IMG/VR virus record: IMGVR_UViG_3300027974_000021
From: a virus
Direction: 5' to 3' (one strand)
Length of the DNA stretch: 64,000 nt
The position numbers and the translations under genes are program-made. Of the stretch, positions 46,465 to 55,003 are shown piece after piece. Position 1 is the first letter of the stretch. Each line of letters starts with the position of its first letter. The notes beneath the pieces are model-generated. The model was not told the DNA's origin. It saw nothing but the letters and a program-made list of their open reading frames with translations, and did not search any database.

Positions 46465-46675
46465 GTTGTTTAAATTGAACTCTGGGAGAAGAAAAACACT
46501 CCGTGCACATATACCAAATTTGAGTGGAAAGAGAGAGATTGCAATTACTCAGATCTCGGCATTATTAAGAGAAGATACGAATATGAGTCACGAGCAGAGT
46601 ATTGAGTTTGCGACTCGAGTATTGAATAGCTATTTGGCAGCGAATATGCAGTCACCAAGTGGAAGAGTACACTAA
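46457..46675 (+). CDS. Hypothetical early protein
   Basis: AGGAGG SD with GTG start. Confidence 0.55.
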   Translation: MAKLFKLNSGRRKTLRAHIPNLSGKREIAITQISALLREDTNMSHEQSIEFATRVLNSYLAANMQSPSGRVH

Positions 46676-46839
46676 TGAATAAAAAGGTGGTAATCTCATT
46701 CGTTGACGAGTCTGGCGAGAATCGAGTGTTTAATGATTGGGCTTCTGCCGAGGAGTATTTAAAGACAGTAATCGCATTAAATCGTGAATTTACAGGAATA
46801 CAAGCTTCGTTAATTGTGAATACACGAAAAAAGGTATAA
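46675..46839 (+). CDS. Hypothetical early protein (54 aa)
   Basis: Manual translation MNKKVVISFVDESGENRVF...; TAATG coupling. Confidence 0.5.
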   Translation: MNKKVVISFVDESGENRVFNDWASAEEYLKTVIALNREFTGIQASLIVNTRKKV

Positions 46840-46840
46840 A

Positions 46841-46898
46841 AAACAATGACTTATTTTGCACGATTTTGCTTTACTTATTCACTAAAATAGACTATAAT
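46841..46898 (+). promoter_or_regulatory. Early promoter with upstream IHF-like box
   Basis: AAACAA-TGAC-TTA, then TTTACT-N17-TATAAT (46870-46898). Confidence 0.68.
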
Positions 46899-46927
46899 AG
46901 AGGATATAAACAACTAAAATATATAAA

Positions 46928-47155
46928 ATGAACTATCTTGAAGAAATAAAAGAACTAAAAAAAAGAAAACTAAATAATGGTGAAATCGCAGAACACTTAG
47001 GTATTACAAAGAGCCAAGTGCGTAAGTTATTGAATGATGAATACGAAGAATTAAGTGATTCATCTTATACTGATGCTGATTGCTCATATAGCTATTCGAA
47101 TGACGATTCGGATATAGGTGATATAATCAGTACAATGCGAGGACAATCATACTAA
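46928..47155 (+). CDS. Small helix-turn-helix DNA-binding protein
   Basis: LNNGEIAEHLGITKSQVRKLL HTH pattern with acidic tail. Confidence 0.65.
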   Translation: MNYLEEIKELKKRKLNNGEIAEHLGITKSQVRKLLNDEYEELSDSSYTDADCSYSYSNDDSDIGDIISTMRGQSY

Positions 47156-47176
47156 CCTTATAAGGAAAACATAAAC

Positions 47177-47455
47177 ATGAAAAGATTCGAATTTATATGT
47201 AAAGGAAAGCGAAGTCACTTTCTTGAAGCATTAACAGAAGAAGCAGCAAGATCATTCTTTGCTGAAAATCGTACGACAGCTACATTAGAGATTATCGATG
47301 TAATTGAAGTAGCAATACCAACTCCAATTGACAAGTCTGGAGCATCAATGAAACTTGAAGGATTCGAGAGAATTAATTCTGAAGTTAAAGTATCAAAAGC
47401 AGATCTTGATGCATTAGCAGCTTCGACTCCAAACGATAATAAGATTGGATATTAG
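47177..47455 (+). CDS. Hypothetical protein
   Basis: ORF track; AAGGA SD. Confidence 0.55.
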   Translation: MKRFEFICKGKRSHFLEALTEEAARSFFAENRTTATLEIIDVIEVAIPTPIDKSGASMKLEGFERINSEVKVSKADLDALAASTPNDNKIGY

Positions 47456-47470
47456 TTTATTTTTATTATT

Positions 47471-47818
47471 ATGCCATTGATGCCGATATATTATAATTCA
47501 ACGAATCTAAACCCTCGTATGCGCAAATCAAAGAATAAAAAACTTCGGAACGCAAACCTTGAGCATGAAGAATGGCTCAAATCACGAGGGTTGCATTCGT
47601 CACAGTTAAGTAATCACTCAGAAGAATACAAGCTTGAAGTGAATCGAAAAGAACCTTACAATACAAATCACAATATTACTGGGAATACAAATCGAGTTTC
47701 TGAGAACGTTTATACAGGGACGTTGATTAAAGGAATCGCAACGATGCATAAGAGCAATGCAGTTCCAATCATTAACGAAGAACAAGCAGTCGAAATATCA
47801 AAAATGAGAAGAGGATAA
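47471..47818 (+). CDS. Conserved T4-like hypothetical protein
   Basis: YTGTLIKGIATMHKSNAVPI...MRR C-terminal motif. Confidence 0.7.
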   Translation: MPLMPIYYNSTNLNPRMRKSKNKKLRNANLEHEEWLKSRGLHSSQLSNHSEEYKLEVNRKEPYNTNHNITGNTNRVSENVYTGTLIKGIATMHKSNAVPIINEEQAVEISKMRRG

Positions 47819-47819
47819 C

Positions 47820-48095
47820 ATGATCGAAACATACATATTATTCGGAGCAGCAATATTCGGTATTGGTTGGCTTCTAGGCAATTTTACGAAAGACAAAGAG
47901 AAAGCAGACTATACAATGTTTATTATTGATTCATTGATACAGAATCGCTTTCTCAGAACACATCCAATCGAGATACTCCCAAGAGTATTCGTGAAACATA
48001 TTATTCGTTGGGATACACCAAAGGAACACTTGAAAAACCCAGTGAAATTGGAAGAATTTCATTTTCCAAAGAACTTTACAAACAATCCAAAATAG
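47820..48095 (+). CDS. Membrane-anchored hypothetical protein
   Basis: N-terminal TM. Confidence 0.5.
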   Translation: MIETYILFGAAIFGIGWLLGNFTKDKEKADYTMFIIDSLIQNRFLRTHPIEILPRVFVKHIIRWDTPKEHLKNPVKLEEFHFPKNFTNNPK

Positions 48096-48103
48096 TATAT
48101 AAT
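48075..48103 (+). promoter_or_regulatory. Sigma70-like early/middle promoter
   Basis: TTTACA-N17-TATAAT. Confidence 0.7.
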
Positions 48104-48111
48104 ATATCATT

Positions 48112-48675
48112 ATGAAATCATTGACACCTGAATTTTTAAGAAATATTCAAGACAATATAACGAGAATGAGTAATGAAGACAAGAAACGATTATCGAGTAA
48201 GAGAAGAATTGAGATAATCGGTTATTGTAATCTAAAGAAAAGACAGATTGATTCCTGGATCTCTTCATTACTTCATCTCGATAGTCGTATTGCAACGAGT
48301 GAGTCGACGAGTCTACAATCTTCAATTACTTCTCCAAATACTCCATTATGGAAACTCTATAATACATTGACTTCAATTTCGAATGATTTAGCAACTGAGA
48401 TTGATTCCTATACTTATTGGAATTCAACGAGTAATGAGCGAATACTTATTGGATCGAATAATTTAAGTAATCGAATTGAGAATCGTGTATTCACCAAAGG
48501 AAAAAACAATCCCTATTATTCATATATTGAAGCGATAATCGAGATCGCCGAAGAAGAAGGAATCGAACTAAGTAATATAAAGAATTCATTGAGTAAGTCT
48601 ATACTTCAGAAGATTGAAGCAATCGGCTATTCGAGAAAAGAATTAAAAGGCAGTACTGCTACATTGCCATTTTAA
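48112..48675 (+). CDS. gp33: Late-transcription coactivator gp33-like protein with long N-terminal extension
   Basis: C-terminal SYIEAII..AEE.GIE....K..LSKSI.QKIEA......LK.....LPF; located upstream of gp32. Confidence 0.65.
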   Translation: MKSLTPEFLRNIQDNITRMSNEDKKRLSSKRRIEIIGYCNLKKRQIDSWISSLLHLDSRIATSESTSLQSSITSPNTPLWKLYNTLTSISNDLATEIDSYTYWNSTSNERILIGSNNLSNRIENRVFTKGKNNPYYSYIEAIIEIAEEEGIELSNIKNSLSKSILQKIEAIGYSRKELKGSTATLPF

Positions 48676-48780
48676 ACGATATTTCAGTGGAAGAAATTTC
48701 ATTGAAATCAAATCCGACTTTTGAACGTTTTGGTCGGGAACCCTAAAACGTATCATTACATTATAACAAAGGAGACAATT

Positions 48781-48981
48781 ATGTTTAAACATTTAATTAC
48801 GTTTCTAACTGCATTACTCTTCACAGTATCAGTTTCTGCACAAACACCAGCACCTAAAAAGGAAGAGCCAAAAGCTCCGACTGTAGTATGTGTAGAAAAA
48901 GATAAGAATGGTAAAGCAATCATTGATGCAAAGACAAATAAACCTGTCGTGTGTCCAAAGAAAGACGAAAAGAAGAAGTAA
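48781..48981 (+). CDS. Small secreted protein
   Basis: AAGGAG SD, signal peptide (VSA-Q), K/P-rich, two Cys. Confidence 0.6.
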   Translation: MFKHLITFLTALLFTVSVSAQTPAPKKEEPKAPTVVCVEKDKNGKAIIDAKTNKPVVCPKKDEKKK

Positions 48982-49003
48982 TTCTTCTCTCTGTCGCTGT
49001 ATT

Positions 49004-49052
49004 GGGCGAAGTAAATCTCGCCCTTTACTTACACGAAAAAATAGAGTATAAT
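49004..49052 (+). promoter_or_regulatory. Terminator-like hairpin abutting the gp32 promoter
   Basis: GGGCGA/TCGCCC stem, then TTTACT-N17-TATAAT (49024-49052). Confidence 0.65.
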
Positions 49053-49144
49053 AACTCTAGTAGTGTGAAATCTATATTATATTGAAGTAAAGACCTATAT
49101 TATTATACAACGCATATAACGCATATAAAAAAGGAGATAACCAC

Positions 49145-50032
49145 ATGGTGGATCTAAATGCTCTTCGTAAAGAGAGCCAAAATGACTTTACGAAAATTAA
49201 TCAAGAGTTCGATCGAATTAATAAAGGATCGAGCGCAAAATCAGACTCTTCTGAAGACACTCGTTTTTGGAAACTAGAACCAGATAAACTGGGCAATGCA
49301 ACAGCAGTCATTCGTTTTCTTCCACGTAGCAATGGTGATGAACTTCCATGGGTGAGATTATTTTCACATGGTTTTCAGGGACCATCTGGTAAATGGTATA
49401 TAGAGAACAGCCGAACAACATTGAATGAAAAAGATCCTGTCGGAGAATTGAATTCTAAGTTGTGGGCGAGTAATCTTGAGAGTAATCGAGAGATTGCGAG
49501 AAAGCAAAAGAGACGTATGCATTACATCGCGAATGTTTATATTATCAGTGATCCGAAGAATCCTGCAAACGAAGGAACAGTGAAACTGTTTAAGTTTGGA
49601 AAGAAGATCTTTGATAAGATTATGGAAAAGGCGAAACCTACATTTGCTGATGAGAAACCAATGAATGTATTCGATATATTCGCTGGTGCTGACTTTAGAT
49701 TGAGAATGCGTAAAGTAGATGGTTATGCAAACTACGATCAGAGTAGTTTTCTTGAACCAAATGCATTCTTGAGTAGTGATGAGAAGAGATTAACAGAAAC
49801 GTTAGCAAAAGCTCATCCATTGGCTCCTTTCATTGCACCGACACAGTTTAAGTCATATGAAGATTTAAATCGTCGACTGAATGAGGTACTTGAAACTCTT
49901 CCAGAATCTAAATCATCTGGAACAATTGCAAAACCAAAAACAGCTGAGAATACAACTTTGACTTCGGCGAAAAAAGAAGAAGAGGATGTATTAAGCTATT
50001 TTCAAGGAATAGCAAATGACCTTGAATCATAA
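49145..50032 (+). CDS. gp32: Single-stranded DNA-binding protein (T4 gp32)
   Basis: DTRFWK, AVIRFLP, WYIENS, FGKKIFDKI, NYDQSSF, acidic tail. Confidence 0.95.
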   Translation: MVDLNALRKESQNDFTKINQEFDRINKGSSAKSDSSEDTRFWKLEPDKLGNATAVIRFLPRSNGDELPWVRLFSHGFQGPSGKWYIENSRTTLNEKDPVGELNSKLWASNLESNREIARKQKRRMHYIANVYIISDPKNPANEGTVKLFKFGKKIFDKIMEKAKPTFADEKPMNVFDIFAGADFRLRMRKVDGYANYDQSSFLEPNAFLSSDEKRLTETLAKAHPLAPFIAPTQFKSYEDLNRRLNEVLETLPESKSSGTIAKPKTAENTTLTSAKKEEEDVLSYFQGIANDLES

Positions 50033-50036
50033 GAAT

Positions 50037-50297
50037 ATGAATAAATCGAATCTGACGTTTTATTTGCTTCTGATTAGTTGGACAACTACAATACTTGTGG
50101 GAGTTTGGGCTTGGAATGTAAATAGTAAGTATGATCGAGCGAAGTTTATATTACGTGAGTATTTTGATCGAGAGGTTGCGAAGAGTAAAGTATTGCAATT
50201 ATTCGAGCCGAATATTCATAATCGATTGCTGGATAAGCTATTCGAAGAGTGGTTAAGGAATAAGAATAGTAATGTTTTAACCTCGAATATTAAATAA
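50037..50297 (+). CDS. Membrane-anchored hypothetical protein
   Basis: N-terminal TM. Confidence 0.5.
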   Translation: MNKSNLTFYLLLISWTTTILVGVWAWNVNSKYDRAKFILREYFDREVAKSKVLQLFEPNIHNRLLDKLFEEWLRNKNSNVLTSNIK

Positions 50298-50312
50298 ACG
50301 TAGTAGTTTAAT

Positions 50313-50350
50313 TTCTAATCCCTTTACTTCCAAGAAGAGAGGGGTTAGAA
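50313..50350. terminator. Long hairpin near the convergence of + and - transcription
   Basis: TTCTAATCCCT...AGGGGTTAGAA stem with inner CTTC/GAAG. Confidence 0.45.
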
Positions 50351-50529
50351 TAAACACCTGTAGAGGTTTCAAGGAATATAGAATTAGAAATTTATGATAG
50401 AATTAATTATAGGAATTAGTTTGGCACTTGCGATTGCTGTAATTGTGATGTATAACTTTCCGATTTAAAACCGAATATAAATTTCAACGATCAATATAAT
50501 CATTCCAGCAATAAGTATTATCGGATCCA

Positions 50530-51162
50530 TTAGATTGAACGAAATACTCGAATCTCACCATCCTCAATTACACGATAAGCTTCAAAGGTAATTGAAGAAT
50601 ATTCACGACTTAATCTTAAAAAAGCTTTTAAATTCTCTCGGTCATCATCAAAGAATCTTACTTTCGAGAAAGACTTTGTATTCAAATACTTACGAATAAT
50701 CATTGCTTTTCTCGCAGCACCTGATCCACTCTCTATATTCCCTGCACGTTCAACTCGAACACTATCAATGTCAAAGCCATATTTACGGAAAGTTTTAAGG
50801 AATACATTCTTACTATCAAAATCAGTTCTTGCGGTTAATATAATTACACGTGAGTTTTCGTATTTCTTTGCTGATGCTAATATCAATTTGGCACGTCGCA
50901 TCATTCGTCCGATCGGTTGAGATTCTTTATAGAACTTCGCTGCATCTTTAAATTCAGTATAATCAAACATTTCATTTGCTCCTAAAGTATAGGAAGCATA
51001 TTCTGCAGTTGTTAATGTACGGATTGTTTCTTTTGTGATTGAATTGCGAACTCGAATAGTTGCTGTTGTACGGAAGAGTGTATCATCAATATCGAATATT
51101 GTTAGCCAACCATTCGCATACTCGTCATGAGTCTTTACGTAATTACTAAACGTTTGAACCAT
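50530..51162 (-). CDS. HAD-superfamily phosphatase (polynucleotide 3'-phosphatase/RNA-repair-like)
   Basis: FDIDDTLF motif I, LTAR motif II, K, FFDDD motif IV. Confidence 0.8.
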   Translation of the reverse strand: MVQTFSNYVKTHDEYANGWLTIFDIDDTLFRTTATIRVRNSITKETIRTLTTAEYASYTLGANEMFDYTEFKDAAKFYKESQPIGRMMRRAKLILASAKKYENSRVIILTARTDFDSKNVFLKTFRKYGFDIDSVRVERAGNIESGSGAARKAMIIRKYLNTKSFSKVRFFDDDRENLKAFLRLSREYSSITFEAYRVIEDGEIRVFRSI

Positions 51163-52720
51163 AGAGAGAACCTACATATTTCGAAAGAGTATTCTCATCG
51201 TTTCGAACAGTTTTTGACGTCATTAAATTACTCTCTTTTGGAGCATTTACAGTTGAACTTGGTGCATTAATAATTACATTTGAACTCGCAGCACTCTTTG
51301 CACTCTCAGCATCAGCAGAAGAAGACATTATTTGATTGCCAACATCGCTCGGTGTTCCAGAACTAATTACATTATTGAATCCTGTCGGCGAAACACCAGA
51401 GAGTGTATTCGTAGAACTAAGTTCACTAGATTTTGAAAGATTGTTTTCAGAAGCTACCTTTTTATTAATATGTTTTTGGTTTGAAGTAATCACATCTTCG
51501 TTTATTTTACGATATGCTTGTACTTCTTGTTTTGTACCAATTTCAGAGAGAGCAGTATTAATATTCGAATCTGTTAATTCTTTACCTGAAGTTGAAGCAC
51601 TCATCATTAATGAATTCATTCGAATATTCATTGCATCTTGTAAACCCTCATTTTTATCAAGTATTGATTTTGCAGATTCTTTTGTCATTGGAGTCTTCGG
51701 AAGAGAAACTGATTCACCAGTCAATGATTTATTAATCACTGGTGAAACTGGAGTCACTGGAGCTCTACTTGGGTTTCCATCAGATCCTATTGTTCTATCT
51801 GAATTTAATCCTTCTACATTGTTTACCTTTGGTAAAACATTTTTTGAAGGAATAGGTTTCTCAGCACCAACTGTATCTTGTTGCGGTGTTGAAATTTCAG
51901 ATTTACGGAAAGGATAGAAAGGACCGATTGAAACACCAAATACTTTAAACTCTGGTATTCCTAGATTATTTAAAAAGCCTGATAACATTTGTCCTAAACG
52001 TTCTGGTAATTTCGATATGTAATCTCCGATGCTTGTAAAGAATTTCTTAATTGAATTTACAATTATATCCCCAAGATTGTCAGGTAAATCTAAACCGAAT
52101 AAATTAGCAACCCAATCAACAATACCAAATACGAAATTAAGTGCACCTTTGAAAAATCCTTCTACGAATGAACCTACGATATCAAAGAAAGAACCACCTG
52201 ATTTATACATTGCGAATGCATCTTTAATTCCACGAACGAATCCTGCAATTGCAACTGTAATTCCTCCAATAATCGCAGCAGCAAGTCCTGCAGGAAGTCC
52301 TGCTAAGAATCCAAAGAATCCTACAATTATTCTTAAAAAACCTTTTGTAAGGAATGGAAGTACTCCTTTAAAAATAAATCTAGAAGCAGCAGCAATACCT
52401 GAGAAAAGAGCACCAAATAATTTAGAAATTAACATTGCACCATAAAAGCCAAGCATATTACCAAAATTCATTTTAGAATCTGTATTCTCTTCTAATGCAT
52501 TACTGTCTCTTCCAGATACACCTTTTGCTATTACTTCAAGTAAATCTACCATTCTTTGAATGTTTAATGAAGTTTCTCTTGCTGTTTCTTCATTAGCAGG
52601 TTTATTTGAACTGTTTTCTACGTTTGAAACAAGAGGTTGACCTTTAGCATCAACTAAGAGTGCTTTCGGTTGTCCATCGTTTACAATAGATTGTTGTACA
52701 AGTACGTTTGTAAGTGCCAT
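51146..52720 (-). CDS. Baseplate hub / tail length determinant (gp29-like)
   Basis: Hydrophobic G/A-rich helical region; C-terminal VIINAPSSTVN; position after gp51. Confidence 0.6.
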   Translation of the reverse strand: MALTNVLVQQSIVNDGQPKALLVDAKGQPLVSNVENSSNKPANEETARETSLNIQRMVDLLEVIAKGVSGRDSNALEENTDSKMNFGNMLGFYGAMLISKLFGALFSGIAAASRFIFKGVLPFLTKGFLRIIVGFFGFLAGLPAGLAAAIIGGITVAIAGFVRGIKDAFAMYKSGGSFFDIVGSFVEGFFKGALNFVFGIVDWVANLFGLDLPDNLGDIIVNSIKKFFTSIGDYISKLPERLGQMLSGFLNNLGIPEFKVFGVSIGPFYPFRKSEISTPQQDTVGAEKPIPSKNVLPKVNNVEGLNSDRTIGSDGNPSRAPVTPVSPVINKSLTGESVSLPKTPMTKESAKSILDKNEGLQDAMNIRMNSLMMSASTSGKELTDSNINTALSEIGTKQEVQAYRKINEDVITSNQKHINKKVASENNLSKSSELSSTNTLSGVSPTGFNNVISSGTPSDVGNQIMSSSADAESAKSAASSNVIINAPSSTVNAPKESNLMTSKTVRNDENTLSKYVGSLYGSNV

Positions 52721-52906
52721 TTATTTTTGTATTCTTCTTTGTTCTGCTTTTTGTTTTTCTTCTTGTAAATGTTTAATCAACATTTCAACATATATTTCAC
52801 GTTCAAAAGGTATCTGATTTTCAAGCTCAGTCAAAGAGTATTTATGATATTGCATTAATGCGAAGTTAGTCTTATAATGGTTGACTAACGACTCATGGCT
52901 GAGCAT
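52721..52906 (-). CDS. gp51: Baseplate hub assembly catalyst
   Basis: YKTNFALMQYHKYSLTELEN..PFEREIY. Confidence 0.85.
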   Translation of the reverse strand: MLSHESLVNHYKTNFALMQYHKYSLTELENQIPFEREIYVEMLIKHLQEEKQKAEQRRIQK

Positions 52907-53643
52907 TATGAAAAAAAATTGGCTAAACCCTCTATCTTTCTTGTATGTGATTTATTACACCCTTTACAAGTCCAGATTATTTCTTTACTTAATCTTGGCA
53001 TAGTTTCGAAAAACTTTTGTATTTTACTAAATTGACCTGTTGTTAAGTTATTAACAAATTCACTTAGTTCTTTTTTAGTTTGTTCTTTACTATGATATAT
53101 TTGTTGTCCATCATATATGTAATCTATACTATCAGTTATAATATCAAAGAAAACTTCTGTATCTAGTTTATTTTGATCTGCTAATTTCAATGTCTTTAAT
53201 TTTAAAAGTAAATCTAATGATGGGTATTTCATTACAACACCTACATCATTAAATAGAGATATTTTATTCTCATGTCCTTCTGGTGTAATTACAGGAACAT
53301 TCATTATATTAATTTTTAATATACTCTTAGCTTCCTTATTATCTTTACACTCTGGTGTATCGCATTTAGCGATTAATTCTACTTCTTCACCAACTGACTT
53401 ACCACGTAATTGACAAAAAATATATTCTAAGTCAAATAATGCTAAATCATTTGTATCGAGTCCGACTACACACTCACCAACAATTGTTTTAAGTGTGTTC
53501 ATCATTGTCTTTTCATCTTCAGATTGGAACGCAAGCAATAAAGCTTTTTCTTGTTTCACTAGAAATGGCTTATACTTATATTCTTTCTTAGAAGATGGAA
53601 CAGTTAATGTATAGGTTGGTGTACTACTTATTGGCAATGCCAT
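52906..53643 (-). CDS. gp26: Baseplate hub subunit
   Basis: MALP..PTY.L..PS, PFLVKQEKALL, FDLEYIF..LRGKSVGE, KYP, GLANFF. Confidence 0.88.
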   Translation of the reverse strand: MALPISSTPTYTLTVPSSKKEYKYKPFLVKQEKALLLAFQSEDEKTMMNTLKTIVGECVVGLDTNDLALFDLEYIFCQLRGKSVGEEVELIAKCDTPECKDNKEAKSILKINIMNVPVITPEGHENKISLFNDVGVVMKYPSLDLLLKLKTLKLADQNKLDTEVFFDIITDSIDYIYDGQQIYHSKEQTKKELSEFVNNLTTGQFSKIQKFFETMPRLSKEIIWTCKGCNKSHTRKIEGLANFFS

Positions 53644-53647
53644 ATTA

Positions 53648-54088
53648 TTATTCTCCTTCAGTTTCTTTATAATTTTTAATTATCTTATTCAATTCATTCG
53701 TAGAACCTATAAACACATTATTGTTTACAGTTTTTGTTTCTGTTTTCTGTATTCGTCCTACATCTGCTTGTTGTTTGTGTAAATCTAATAATTGCTGGTT
53801 TACATCAGCAAGTTGTTTTATCATATTACCTACAACTTCAAAGGCTCTTGGATGCTCTGATTGTTTTGCTATCTCGAGTGAATGCTTTAATGCTTCTTCT
53901 CCTTTTAAAAGGAGATTGTGAAGATTAGAACGAGAAGTGTTAAAATCAGTAGCAATCGTATTCTCTTTTTCATTTGCTATCTCTTTTGGACTTATTACTT
54001 CCAAATTTGTATATGGCTCAGTTGGCTCACTGACCTTTAATTTCTCACTGTTAAACACTTCACTTAATTTATCATCTATAATAGACAT
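53648..54088 (-). CDS. gp16: Terminase small subunit
   Basis: SRSNL, SEHPRAFEV, NNNVFIGST.EL. Confidence 0.85.
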   Translation of the reverse strand: MSIIDDKLSEVFNSEKLKVSEPTEPYTNLEVISPKEIANEKENTIATDFNTSRSNLHNLLLKGEEALKHSLEIAKQSEHPRAFEVVGNMIKQLADVNQQLLDLHKQQADVGRIQKTETKTVNNNVFIGSTNELNKIIKNYKETEGE

Positions 54089-54103
54089 TTTATAATCCTA
54101 TAA

Positions 54104-55003
54104 TTAAACTACTCTAAATGTGCTTCCTAACATACCATCTAAAGTTTTTTGACTGAAACGAACATTCGCATCTAGTATTTCAGGAGTTGCTTGTTCGTAT
54201 TGTGGTGCGAATTGATTTGTTCGATTATTACTAATTGAATTACTCAATCCAGTAAATGTATCTTGAAATCCTGCAAAATCACTAAAGTAATTTGCTGCAA
54301 CTGGTAAAGAATTTACAATTACACCAGCAGGGTCAGTTAATACTTGATTACCAACACCTTGTATTCCCTCTAATATAGATTGAATCCATCCTTTATTTTG
54401 TTTTGGAGGAGGAGCATATAAACTTGTAGTAAAATACTTATAAGCAAAAGTCACATTAAGTTTTGCAACTTCATTTGATCCTTGTGCTAAATTAATACTC
54501 TGCACTGTCTTAGGATATGCTTCATGTAATTTAACTAAGTATCTTGTATTATTTGCTACATCATTTACAAATAGATAAACTGTACTTACATAATTTTCAT
54601 AAAACTGTATTGTTCTATCTGTTGTATTTTGAATTGAATCTTGCCAAGCTTCAAAGAAAGCTTTCACTTTAAATCCTGTATCTATGTAATAATTAGCAGT
54701 CACTGGATCGAATACTTTCTCATAAGGCATTTCTCTTGTTTCGCCGAAAGTACGAGCAGGAGTTGTAGATATATTTACTCCAGGAATATTAATTGATTCA
54801 CAATATAAAAATAACTTTCTGTAAAAATCAGCTGCAGCAAATGCTGGGTTTGTTCTTAAGGTCTTTGGTGCATCAACAGTACAACCAAAACGATTCGTTC
54901 TGCTTAACCCATCTTTTTTAACCTCAGCGATAAATCTTTTTATATCTTGTGGTGATGTTGGTGCTTCTGCTCGTGTTAATCCGAATATATCTAAAATTGA
55001 CAT
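54104..55003 (-). CDS. gp54: Baseplate tail-tube initiator
   Basis: GLSRTNRF, CESINIPG, EAYPKTV, VTFAYKY. Confidence 0.8.
   Translation of the reverse strand: MSILDIFGLTRAEAPTSPQDIKRFIAEVKKDGLSRTNRFGCTVDAPKTLRTNPAFAAADFYRKLFLYCESINIPGVNISTTPARTFGETREMPYEKVFDPVTANYYIDTGFKVKAFFEAWQDSIQNTTDRTIQFYENYVSTVYLFVNDVANNTRYLVKLHEAYPKTVQSINLAQGSNEVAKLNVTFAYKYFTTSLYAPPPKQNKGWIQSILEGIQGVGNQVLTDPAGVIVNSLPVAANYFSDFAGFQDTFTGLSNSISNNRTNQFAPQYEQATPEILDANVRFSQKTLDGMLGSTFRVV

Noticed and set aside
49109-49126. AACGCATAT x2 in the gp32 leader
   Set aside because: Consistent with the known unstructured autoregulatory leader of gp32 genes; too short to claim more.
51336-52445. Plus-strand ORFs of 193 and 138 aa
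   Set aside because: Antisense shadows of the gp29-like gene with no independent motifs.
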